64,000 nucleotides of DNA from Aplysia californica (lineage: Eukaryota). This document shows, piece by piece, positions 25,913 to 37,997 of the stretch. The DNA lies in contig NW_004797685.1 of the NCBI RefSeq assembly GCF_000002075.1, positions 115,492 to 179,491 of the forward strand. Direction: 5' to 3'. The position numbers and the translations under genes are program-made. Under the pieces are notes generated by a model. The model was given only the letters and a program-made list of their open reading frames with translations. It was not told the DNA's origin and made no database searches. Numbering within the stretch: the stretch's first letter is position 1; each line of letters begins with the position of its first letter.

Positions 25913-27292
25913 TATAAGTCGACCCGCAGTCACTATGACAGACACAGCGCACGTTAGATCGTCGATTTGAGCTCACTTTATCATTATAAATAATTATTTG
26001 TCTGACTATAATATTTCCAATCGTGTGAACAGTCTTTCGCGCGCTAAATTTGCGGGAGTTTGTTTCACTATGTTGGACTTTTCTATTTTGAATGTTTAAT
26101 GTGGCTTTACGATACATCGATACTGTGTGTACTCAACCGCATTCAGACGGGTGTTGAAATGGCGCAAAATAACAAAAATTAACAGTTTTTGTAAAAGAGG
26201 TACTATTTGACAATGACAATCTTTAGACTCTACTCATCACACAGGGAGAAATTTGCCTTGGTCGTTTACAATGGCAGCGGTTGATACCAAGATAAGGTGT
26301 ACTCACACATATTCACAACAAGACAGGACATTAGTAAATACATGTCCCACGTGCTGAAANNNNNNNNNNNNNNNNNNNNNNNNNNNNNNNNNNNNNNNNN
26401 NNNNNNNNNNNNNNNNNNNNNNNNNNNNNNNNNNNNNNNNNNNNNNNNNNNNNNNNNNNNNNNNNNNNNNNNNNNNNNNNNNNNNNNNNNNNNNNNNNNN
26501 NNNNNNNNNNNNNNNNNNNNNNNNNNNNNNNNNNNNNNNNNNNNNNNNNNNNNNNNNNNNNNNNNNNNNNNNNNNNNNNNNNNNNNNNNNNNNNNNNNNN
26601 NNNNNNNNNNNNNNNNNNNNNNNNNNNNNNNNNNNNNNNNNNNNNNNNNNNNNNNNNNNNNNNNNNNNNNNNNNNNNNNNNNNNNNNNNNNNNNNNNNNN
26701 NNNNNNNNNNNNNNNNGCTCAGTAACCTGATCGGAGTTGGTTCAAATGAATTTCTATATCTGCCTGCCATTGTTTTCTGGGAAATATATCCTTTACTGCG
26801 AGTAAATAATTGAAATGTCAGTGGGTGGCTATATCGTCATTTAGCATTATTTCCGCCTTTTTAAGAAAGTTTGTCGTGTGTGAAAGTACAAAGTTACTTA
26901 GGTCTCTACCAATTGTTCTTTATGCCATTTTGATCAACTTGTTTATTTTTGTGGTGTGCAACCATAGCTAGAAATACCAAAATTTATCAAAGCTTCTATT
27001 GTGGAGGTGCACAATATCTGAAGGATGGATGGATTCAGATAGAAGGACCTGAGTTTTCTCAGAAAGTGCAGCCTCTGATTTATATTTTTAACGAGCTTGT
27101 TCACGTAATTTTGCCATGTAAATTTGTTGTCGATTGTGAGACCAAGATATTATGACAAAGTACTTTCAATTGTTTCTTGTTTGAATTACGAGAGTTGGGA
27201 TTGTTGGTTTTCCTCTTCTTAAGTCGAAAGTCTCTTCTTTTATTTTTGAAAGATTCAACTTTAGAAAATTTAAATTGCTCCATTTTAAAAAA

Positions 27293-30005
27293 CTACTGCT
27301 AGCAGCGTGATTCAACCACGTAAGTCCTTTAATAAACCTAATTTTTAAATCCCCAATTTGGAGGATTACTGCAAACTACAAAGGGTGTATTCCTTCAGTA
27401 TATCAATCGCCTATATCACACCATTCTCCAATTTCCACGTGATTCAATTGCCCATGTGCCAGTTTTGCAGCCAGCGGGGAATAGGCGGTTTGAATCACGC
27501 AGATTCAGCGGCTTGTTGAGGTGTTCACCTGTCGCTTGGGCGGACTGACCCACACGACTGTGGCTTTTGTCAAAACGGACTAGATTGTAAAATCAAAACA
27601 AATTGCCGCCTTTATTAACTTTGACTCAGATCGAACCCTATCGACAGCCTGAAGAGTTTGTCAAGGCAGTTTGCGTAATCTATCACTAAGTTCGGTAGCG
27701 GAGTTGAGAAAGGGAGAGATGACATCAAAGAATATGTTAATACAGACTCGACCCCAGTCGGTAAATTGTGGCAAAAGCTACTGACGAATGGACTTCTTAA
27801 AAGTCTATGATTGACAACAAAGGCTCGCTTATTTCACATTCGATACAATCATTAGTAAATAGTGACATTTGGCATTTTTAGTGCTCTTTGCTGCGTGTTG
27901 CATGTATGTATCATTTTTGAACAGTTGATCGGTTAACCGCTGCCGGGAAGATTATAATTTAACGTGTCACTCGGAAAAAAGCAGCTAATTAACACATTCA
28001 CAAAGAAGAATCTCTCTTCAACAGGCCTTCAACTTCAACTCTCCAGCTTTACACTCCTACTTGAAACAAATCTCCGGTGACATGCTACTTGAATCCAAAA
28101 CAATAAGTTTGTATACATCTGCCATTACACAGTGGTAATTCGTGACTGTTGCAAAAGACAGTTTATATGACTTGGAGATGGGAGCTCTACGATTGTCATA
28201 TTACCAGAGAACAGAAGAGAACAAGCATTTTTGAGATAAGTAATTCTTTGACAAACTTGACGAAATTGCATTCCCACTACTACAAACATAATACAGGCAA
28301 AATTCTATCTGGAATAAAATTTTAAAGCTTTGAAGGCCTTTATATGTAGTAGCAAAGATATTGTGAAGAGTCAAATCGGAACACATTGTCCCAGACGACT
28401 TTAGCTAGGCTAGATCTAGATATTCAAAAGAGCAACCTGTTGTTGCATGTATCTCGGAACTATCAATGTGATGTATGCAGGGTAGGAGAAAGAATCTAAA
28501 AGAAGCGTGCACAAAACCCTGTGGATGGGACCAGATTATATCCAGTGTGTTTGGGCTTCAAAGCAGATTTGTTAGTACAGCGTTGAACCCACAGGAGAAG
28601 GACCATTGATTGCCAATGAATTCTTGTGTCAGTAACTTTCTGGAGGAGCCTACTGACAACAAATCTTGGCATATGCAATCCGCGACATTTGTACTAGATA
28701 GAACAAAACTGTTGAACACAATTGCCTTGGAAAAGAACAAATGCAAATGGAAGTGGACAGCACCCACGTACCGTATAATCGAAAGCTCAGTGAAAAAAGG
28801 TCTGATCTATGTTCTCATAGATAATCTTGACAGCTTTTAAGAAAGCAAGACAGTGTACTCCCCCCCCCCCCCCCTTTTATATTCGATTTCTTGGCCATTC
28901 AGACCTGATCTGGCTGAAACAAAATCGACCCAGTTGTCACAAACGTTCGTTGCCTTTGATACACATTGAACAAAAACATCCAGTACAAATTGATCGTTAA
29001 GATGAATGGTCTTTGTTACCTACTCCAGGAGGCCAAAAAAAAGTTCTGCCCCAAAACACCCAACCACATTGTGTTTGGATCACCGGAATATTAAGCAATC
29101 AAATCAACTCATTAATAAACTCATAATTAAAGCATGATTATTTTTATGATAATCCCAGACGCTACCTGTCAATGAACCAAGATTATTTTTCTATGTAAGC
29201 AACAGTAACACTCACATTTTTCTTTATTGTTTGTAAATTATACTTGGACAGTTCCTACGTCTACCGTCAGTTTCTGAACGGGTCAGGGGGAGTTGTGTGT
29301 GTAAAAATAAGGACAAGAATAGAATGAGGTGGTATGAAGGTGTGTCGTGAAATTTTTACTGTGAACGCCCCATGACGGCGTAACCTGAAAGTAAATGATT
29401 GAATACCTTTAAAATGTAAATATTAGCACACAATTACTTGAAAGAATGTGTTTATAACTTATTTTGTTGGTTTTAAGCATTAATATCTTTACATATAAAG
29501 ACAATGAAAATTAGGAAGAATATTTAATTAATTTCAAATTACATGTAGTATATACCTTCTGTTTTCAAGCAACAAACTTTAACTATCTTTCTTACTTCAA
29601 ATATTACTCGCTTAATTTTTTGAAATTATATTCTATTTGCTCAGAAATAACTGAAATGAAAATGGAATGCTTTATAATTACTCTTAAAATGAACGATTAT
29701 AATTTGCTTTTGTCGATAATTCAGACGCCTAAGTGACTATCGGTGCTCGCCGAGTGGCGTAGATTAACGTGATTCAAACTCCAGGACGTCGTCATACTGC
29801 AGTTAGGCTGTTGAATCACGCAGATTTAAGGCAGATTTCGTCTACACCACTGTGTCCCGTAATTTTTGTAAGAAATAATTTTTTTATTAAATATCTGAAA
29901 GTCAGATTTATAGGTATGAGCTTACAGAAATAACTCAGGGGTTTTTTCCTCGCGTAAAATTTGTCCCTTGTCACTTAGGCGGTTGGATCACGCGACTAGA
30001 GGTAC
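27293..30005 (+). mobile_element. Sola1-like DNA transposon remnant inserted in a Rex1/Babar-like LINE (LINE pieces ~26720-27290 and ~30006-30470, minus strand)
   Basis: Imperfect TIR CTAGCAGCGTGATTCAACC / GGTTGGATCACGCGACTAG; subterminal CGTGATTCAA repeats; ATAT at the right end; decayed transposase. Superfamily call rests on recalled motifs. Confidence 0.65.
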
Positions 30006-30698
30006 ATATTTCTTTGAGATATTATTTTCCATCGAATTTTATTAATCCAATAATAATGGAGTCATCTGTGAACTTATTTAAGCGTGTTGTTTCATACTTA
30101 CGTCTATGATCGTTGGTATATTATTGTATACAAAACTGGTGACAAAACGCATCCTTGAGGACCGCCGGTGTTACAAAAGATTGTGTCAGATTTTTGCTGT
30201 TCAGCTTAACATATTATAACTGTGGTCTGCAAGTCAAAAATTCCAGGACCTATGCTTCGCTATAATGACTAACTCTAAGACTCAGAAGTTTTTCATGGCA
30301 ATATGCGGTTGAATTTTTATCAAATGCTGAGGAAAAAATCGACAAAAAGTACCATTGTACATGTATACATTTTTGATGTTTCAATGTGTTTCATAAAGAG
30401 TCACAAAAAACAAGCCTTTGTTTAAGTTCACATTGCCCTTTCTCAAAATCTATTAAAGTTGTTTAACTCATTAACATAGTCTTTCATTTTTTTACTTGCA
30501 CACTCTCTCTTACTGCAGTATAATACGTTATATTCTTTAAAGAGAAACGAACCACTTGTGCTCTCTATTTGGACGAAATAGCTGTACCTTACTTAAAATT
30601 ACGACTCTGATGGCATGTCTGAAAAAGGGCCATATTGTTTGGCTCTGCTCTAAATCTCTACTACACAGTAGTGTAATATGTAATATGTAGTTCTCCGA

Positions 30699-30898
30699 GC
30701 ATTGGAGAATATTGTAACAACAGGCAAGTTTGATGGGAAGAGAGGCAGAGGCAGACAGAGAGAAAGGATACTGGACAAGATGACAACATGGCTGGGAGCA
30801 GCAAGAACAATAGACACCATTGCTGCAACGCAAGACATAGTGAAGTGGAGGTACATGATCACCCACGCCAGTCGGCAAGGCACCGGATAATGATGAGG
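30699..30898 (+). mobile_element. 200-bp RTE LINE 3' end
   Basis: LENIVTTGKFDGKRGRGRQR..RQGTG-stop; TSD TCTCCGA at 30692-30698 and 30899-30905; absent from the paralog at ~46510. Confidence 0.8.
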
Positions 30899-31314
30899 TC
30901 TCCGAAGCGTGTCCGTCCTCCGCAACTTGTCTGAAGACTACAGGCAAAAAACGACTGTAGTCAAATAGTGAAAATGAGAAGGAACCAGTTTCGAATGCTT
31001 CTTGACTCATAACTGTGTTTCTTTTCAACTGCTGGTTGATTATTGTTGTTAGATTCCCCATTCAACAACACTTAGCAATAAACCACCAGTCAAACAACTA
31101 TGAAGTTGTGAGTCCTCATGCTTTTAAAATTGGCACCCTCACAATGTTTGTGACTACAGTCGTTCTTCCCCTGTGGTCTTCGTCTATTTCCGGGTGTTCT
31201 CCGCGGCGTGTCCTTTTCCTATTTTGCACACCCTTTATCCATGTTCCACGCGCATTCTTTCCCTTCAATGTTCACATTGCACACCGAAGCAATTGTGAAT
31301 TATGTGGGTCATAA

Positions 31315-31762
31315 TTATGAAATCAGGCTCTCGTCAACATAATGAAATCGAAGAAATTGGCATTTTCCGCTCTTTGGGAAATTTAAAAAGAATCATTATC
31401 TTTAGCCTCACCGCCTTTAATACCCATTTAAAAACTCGTTTCTGTTTGGAATTCACTGAAAAATGTTGATCAAAAGTACAAAAAATATGAAGTTTCAGTT
31501 TTCACGGACACTCAAGCTTTGGAAATCACCAAACTATGACGGCCATTTTCTCATCAATTTTTTTTCTGGCACCAGACTACCCACACTTTTTAAAATCGTA
31601 AATACCTCCGCTTCCATTTAAGATAAATGTGTACTTTTCAAATCAAAAGCAAGGCAAATGGACAAGCCTAAAGATTATCTCAATAGCTCTTAGGCTCCAA
31701 AAAAACTCTAGGCGCTTTACATAAATGCACGAACGCTTGATTCCACCACGTCTCCACACAGT
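31315..31762 (+). mobile_element. Older diverged MITE family A copy (paralog begins ~46680, split by an RTE)
   Basis: AATCAGGCTCTCGTCAA..GGCCATTTTCTC..TGATTCCACCACG collinear with family A. Confidence 0.7.
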
Positions 31763-31834
31763 ATAGTTCATACCACTTGTTTCACTTGACGTGCGCACTC
31801 TTTCGCTATACTTTTTGTATAATATGAAAAGGTG

Positions 31835-31845
31835 TAATAATAATG

Positions 31846-31915
<70 letters not shown>

Positions 31916-34900
31916 AGATCATTCCTATAACGCCCACTCCCGTGAAGACACATCTCTAGGCGCTTTACATAAATGCATGAACGAACAANNNNNNNNNNNN
32001 NNNNNNNNNNNNNNNNNNNNNNNNNNNNNNNNNNNNNNNNNNNNNNNNNNNNNNNNNNNNNNNNNNNNNNNNNNNNNNNNNNNNNNNNNNNNNNNNNNNN
32101 NNNNNNNNNNNNNNNNNNNNNNCTAACACATCGTTACGAAATGAGCACATACACATACATAATAAAATAATATACACAATGCAATTCACAAAATACATAA
32201 ATGGATACATAATCCTTTACATAACATTGTACTGAACATGAATCTACTGACATGAAAATGATGTCATTAATTAATGTGTCTTTAAAGATTTTAAAAAATC
32301 TCAGATTTTGTATGTCTCAAAGGTTGAGGAAGAGAGTTCCAAACTGATAGAGCAAGGTGGGCAAACGATCTTTCAGCTAATTTTTTACCCCCTTTTCTAA
32401 GAACTCTTAAAAGATTAGGATCGCCTGATCTTAGTGATCTAGATGGAACATAAATCTGGATGAGATCACTAAGGTATGAAGGAACTTTGTTATTGACACA
32501 TTTATGACCTAATATTGCAATTTTATATGACATTCTAGCTGACACGGGAAGCCAATGCAACGTTCTTAACATGGGAGTAATGTGATCCCTCTTCTTTTTC
32601 TTTAGTACAAACCTAGCAGCATGATTTTGAAAACGTTAAAACTTGTGAAGAGTGGTATTTGGTAAGTTGGCTAGTAAAGCATTGTAATAATCGAGGCGTG
32701 AAAACAAGAAAGATGACACGAGCGTTTTCAACAAGTGTTCTTTCAAAAACATAGACATATGACCAATTGTATGCAATTCACAAAATAAAATGGTACATAA
32801 ATAATCGATATGATGTTCCATTGACAATTTTGAATCAAAATACACTCTCAGATGTTTTGCTTTATCAGTAAAATACAGTTTTTCATTTTCAGTACAAATA
32901 TGATCAATGTCAATTGGGAGATGGCTTTTCTTTGGGTTACATAAAAAAATTCGGTTTTATTTTCATTAAGCTGGAGCTTATTATCAATTATCCATTTTTA
33001 TACATCATCAATGCACGGACCCATGGTGGTAAGCAAGGTTTTAACATCTGAAGGTGGAACAGATTTATATAACTCTGTGTGTCGTCTGCGTACATGTGAT
33101 AATTCATATTGTGCTTTCTGATCTCAGCTCCAATCGGCTGTGTATATAACGCATACAAGACTGACCCAATACTAAACCTCGAGGCTCTCCAAAGTCTAGT
33201 TTAAAAATTGACGAAAGAGAGTCGTGCACAACCACAGATTGTGTACGGCCCATCAGGTAGGACCTGAACCAGTCAAGAACCCTGCCAGGCAGGCCAAACG
33301 TGTTGAACCATCGTTCAATAAGAATAGTGTGATCTATAGTGTCAAAGGCAGCACTAAGATCAAGGAGAGAAAGAATTGATATTTTGTTCTCATCCGCCTC
33401 ACACTAGAGGTCGTTATATAATTTCAATAGCGCAGTTATTGTGTTATGAACTTGCTGATAAGCAGATTGATTTAATTAATATAAATTGTTTTCTTTTAAA
33501 CGATTCTTCAATTGAACCAAAACAACTTTCTCCATGATTTTTATTTTATAAAAAGGGAAGGCTGGGGACAGGTCTAAAATTCTTGAGCTCCTCCGGGAAA
33601 AGATGAGATTATTTGAGAACGGGAATAACTAAAGCATGCTTAAATAGTGATGGTACTACTCCAGACTGAAGAGACTCATTAATGATGGAAGTTATAACTT
33701 CAATGACACTATCAAGATGCGTGATGAGCAGTGGTGTTGGAATGGGATCAAGACTACATGTTTTATGGGGTGATGACATTATGATTGATCTTACATCTTC
33801 TTGTGTTACACGTAAAAATTCATTAAAGATTACCCCAGAGAATGTTTCAAAACAAGGTAGTTTATGGGGAGTCTTGTCAATTGTTTTCCTAATCGTGGAT
33901 ATCTTTTCTCTAAAGTAATGACCAAAAACATCAGGAAGGTCACTTTTAGGTACATTCGTGGGAAACTTGTTGCTGGCCTGATCTTTCTTCCCAGACAGCT
34001 GATTTGTTGTACAAAATAAAGCTTTAGAGGTGGTACATTCATTAATTGTTCTGTTATAATACATGAATTTGGCAGATGTTATTAACGATTTCACTTTGTT
34101 TTTACAGTGTCTATAAATGTCCTCATGAATTTTCAGCTTGGTTGACCTCCACTGTCTTTCAGCTCGTCTACGTTCCATTTTAGATTGTTTAATTTCCAAA
34201 GTCTTCCACGGGGCAGAAGGTCGATAAAACACTGTTCTGGATTTGACTGGTATATGTTTGTTTAGTAGTTGACACATCTTGGAGTTGAAAATGTCTACCT
34301 TCTCGGAGGTTGAACCGTGTATGAATTTCAGAAGCTGGCGAATGTCCGCTCCAAACTTTTCATTATCAATGTCCGTTTTTAGGGTTGTTATTTTGCGGTG
34401 TCTCAGTTTGGGCTTCCCTATACGAGTTATTTCAAAGGACACCACGTAGTGATCAGAAAAGCATTTGTTCTTTACTTGAATTTCACCGATTGTATTGACA
34501 CTGTCAGTAACCACCCTATCTAATGTGTGTTTTTTTTTATGTAAGTGGGGACATCAATGAGTTCTTAGAGACCACGAGTCTCTAGAATAGATTTGATAGA
34601 TTTGACATTAGTGTCTAAGGTATCTTCAAAATGTAAATTAAAGTCCCTTAAAATTATAGGCTGTGTCTTCTTGGTGGTATGCAGGTCTAGTAAATCCTGG
34701 AATTCAGTAATGAAATCTTTAATTTTCAGTTTGTTTTTCCTGCTGGGAGGTGGTCGATAGACACAGACAAAAATGACGGGACACCCTTCGATATGTAGAC
34801 TGATCTCACAACATTCGAACGTTTTAAAGGAGGGCATTTTCAGTGGAGTGATGTTTAGAGATCCTCTATAAATTACGCATATCCCTCCCCCACGACCATT

Positions 34901-35325
34901 TCTTGGGACGGAGATGGACTTGTATCCCGGTGGAGTTAGGCCGGCTATAATGATTTCATCTCCGACGTTCCGCTACCATGACTCCGTAAAAAGTACGATA
35001 TCGGAGTTAGACTCAAGTATTAAATCATTGAGTAAAACGGTCTTTTTTTAGGTTGACGGTGTGTTCAGTAGAGTAATTTTAAGATTACTTAACAAGTCAG
35101 TTAAGGTGTTTTTTTGTGTCAACGGCAATTAAATTCTCTGGAGTAATGACGTTTCGAGGTTCATTTAAACTAACACACTTATTCCCTGTGACAACAATGA
35201 TTGGTCTTTGTTTTCTTCTACCTCCTCGTTTCCCCCTCTTGTATTTCTTAACTTTGCTGGCTGAGTCTTTAGATATTTCAATGCCAATCTGAGACAAGTA
35301 AACGGCCGTTTCATATGAAATGTCA
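31835..35325 (-). mobile_element. Near full-length decayed L2/CR1-like LINE (APE + RT) with (ATT)n tail
   Basis: LFTESW, VYRPP, DFNLH, SDHY (APE); LDLSAAFDTIDH, YADD (RT); LHWLPV; tail repeat 31835-31913. Confidence 0.88.
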
Positions 35326-35328
35326 TAT

Positions 35329-35763
35329 GTGATGCAGCGTGGTGGAATCAGGCTCTCGTCAAAATAATCAATGTGAAAAAACTTGCATTTTTCCGCAGGT
35401 TTGTGAATTTTTATCAAATTTTTGTTTTTTGACTCAACACCTTTCATGCCCACGGAAGAACTCATTTCTGTGTGGATTTTTCAGAAAAACGTTGATAAAG
35501 GCATAAAAAATGTAAATTTTCAGTTACCACGTACTCTTAAGCTAAGGAAATAACTAATCTGTGGCAGGCATTTTCTCACTAATTTTACCTCTGAAAACAG
35601 GTGACCTCCACCTTCTTCTTTCGTAAATATCTCGACTTGTATTCAAGATAAATAGATATTTGTTTTCATCCAAATAAAGACAAGTGAACAAGCTTTAAGA
35701 TGGTACCAATAACTCTATATGCCCAAAAATTGACGAGAGCCTGATTCCACCACGCTGCCTCAC
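35329..35763 (+). mobile_element. MITE family A, copy 3, inserted in an L2/CR1-like LINE
   Basis: Same TIRs and ATAT flanks. Confidence 0.9.
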
Positions 35764-36175
35764 ATATGTCTTTTTGTTTACAGACAATTACTGGTTTCTA
35801 GTGTAGGACACCTGTGTAGATCCCGCACAGGGACTCACAACACACACCGGACTCACAAACTGACAGTTTTCACTTCCATTATTCAGAAAAATGTTGGCAT
35901 AGCTATTAGCATTAAAAACGTGGTGGGGTTGAGTGGTGAACACGGCTTTCCACAAAACCATAAATGTTGAAAATGGCCAAAGCGAAGGATAAAACTTCCA
36001 TAACGAAATATATTTCTTGCAAATAGTTGATAATTTGCGATCAAGCACTGATAGAAATAAAACAAAAAGCACAAAGGTTTCTTATTTATTCTGTATGCCA
36101 ACTTGAAGAGCCACAATCCATCCACAAGATACGAAAAAGACACAAAAATTACAGAGCAGAGTGTGTGTGTGCGTG

Positions 36176-36216
<41 letters not shown>

Positions 36217-36229
36217 GTGGGGGAGGGGG

Positions 36230-36885
36230 CGTGTGTTTGTCATCCATTGGTTTTATGACATTTGTTCATCTCCAAGGGCTCCCCATCCATCACCGCGTCC
36301 AACAAGAGGACACCGCTCGGAAGTCCACAGCTGGTGTCAGGGCTACCCTGAAGGTATACTGCCAATCAGACGTCAAGAAAGCCTTCCTTCTAACCACGAT
36401 TGACTAAAAACCAGTGTTACGAACCAGTCATAACCGATTGAGTATAGTAGGCCACTACAACGACCGTCTAGATCGAATCCAGGGCCAAAGAGGCGTGTTG
36501 GTGAAGGAAGCCACATATCAGCCACCAGGATCCTCTTCTCCGGTCGTACGGGTCGCACCCTTCCGTCAACAGGGTGCCTCACGTTGTGAGGGTTCGGGGT
36601 TTATTTTTTACTTGACCGGACCTTCAGTCGTCAGATTGGAAAGAGAGGTAGATGGACAAAAGATGCCACTCAACGTCAGAGAGCTAGTGGTATACGAGTG
36701 GCATCCCATCAGAAGGGGGGAATGGCAACCCCTTTTGATGGGATAGCTGACTGTCACCTCCGGGAAAGATGAAAGAAGGAGGAAAAAAAGAAGACAGAAG
36801 ACAGTAAATGTCGCCAATGCGCATCTCAGTGCTGATGTTCATGGTGCCAGCTCTGGTGTATGTGTCTTTGTGTGTGTTTTTTCTG
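36230..36885 (-). mobile_element. Older I/Nimb-like LINE 5'UTR remnant, downstream of gene 3
   Basis: Collinear with 14210-14805 and 53035-53313. Confidence 0.75.
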
Positions 36886-37121
36886 NNNNNNNNNNNNNNN
36901 NNNNNNNNNNNNNNNNNNNNNNNNNNNNNNNNNNNNNNNNNNNNNNNNNNNNNNNNNNNNNNNNNNNNNNNNNNNNNNNNNNNNNNNNNNNNNNNNNNNN
37001 NNNNNNNNNNNNNNNNNNNNNNNNNNNNNNNNNNNNNNNNNNNNGCGTGTAGTGAAACACAACACACACAATATGCCAGTATCAGGACAATAAACATATA
37101 AATTGTCTTATCTCATCTCAA

Positions 37122-37127
37122 TTTATT
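37122..37127 (-). terminator. Putative poly(A) signal AATAAA of gene 3 (homologous signal 53647-53652 for gene 4)
   Basis: AATAAA about 50 nt after the stop, followed by GT/T-rich sequence; gene 2 has an AATAAC variant there. Confidence 0.45.
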
Positions 37128-37176
37128 TCTTCTCTCATCATTAAAAAGACATTTTTCCTCTCCAGGTGAAAAGCAG

Positions 37177-37997
37177 CTATTTTTCCTGCTTGTTCAAAAA
37201 TGTTTTTATAAAGACTGCTCGGTATTTTGAACTCATTTTCAAATACACAAATATGTTCACGCTGGAGTTGACAGTTTCTGTTAGGAATGATAAACACCAT
37301 ATTGTAGAATAGAGATTGGGATAGGCACCATCAATACGGAAATTTGTGTCAAACAGCATATAGAAAAACAGGAGCGTCGGAGGTACGGCGCTGACGATGA
37401 AAATGACAGCAATGAAGGTCACCATTTTGACAACCTTTTGATCCTTGACCCCAACTCCTTCCGCTGCTCGGTCACCTTTGGCTGCAGTGGCCTGCCGCCA
37501 TTTTGTTTTACTATTGAGTTTGACGACAAGCACGATGGTACAGCAGATGACGAAGACGAAAGAAAGCGTCGTAGTAAATACGCCTTGGGTGAGATACGTA
37601 ATGGCTTCTAGCATTTCTCTCTCGGCCGTGAAGGTGGTTTTTAATACAGTAGCATTCAAGGTGAAATCGAAAACCCATTCAAGTCTGTGTCCAAGGCAGA
37701 AGGGAATAAGCAAAATGGACATGGTGATGTAGATGGAGATAATGATCATCTTTGTTCTTACCGGTGTGATGACCATCTTCACCTTCAGAGGGGCAGCGAT
37801 ACACAAACATCGCTCGAAGGTGATAAAGGCGGTGATAAAAGTGGCAATTTTGACAAAGAGGTAACGGGGCATTGATCCTGTAAGGTACATAATATCTCTG
37901 GGGTCAAAGGGCAGCTCAGAGAGGTAAAACAGTGGGTTCACGCAGATGCTTAGCCATATCGTTGTCACCAGGGAGCACAGGTCAGACACAGCGAGCC
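37177..37997 (-). CDS. Chemosensory-type GPCR gene 3, exon 2
   Basis: TTTCAG|GG acceptor; 821 nt intact frame ending NKQEK-TAG. Confidence 0.92.

Noticed and set aside
26297-26770. ORFs spanning N runs, and poly-D/N/Y/ER/CV ORFs
   Set aside because: Artefacts of gaps and microsatellites.
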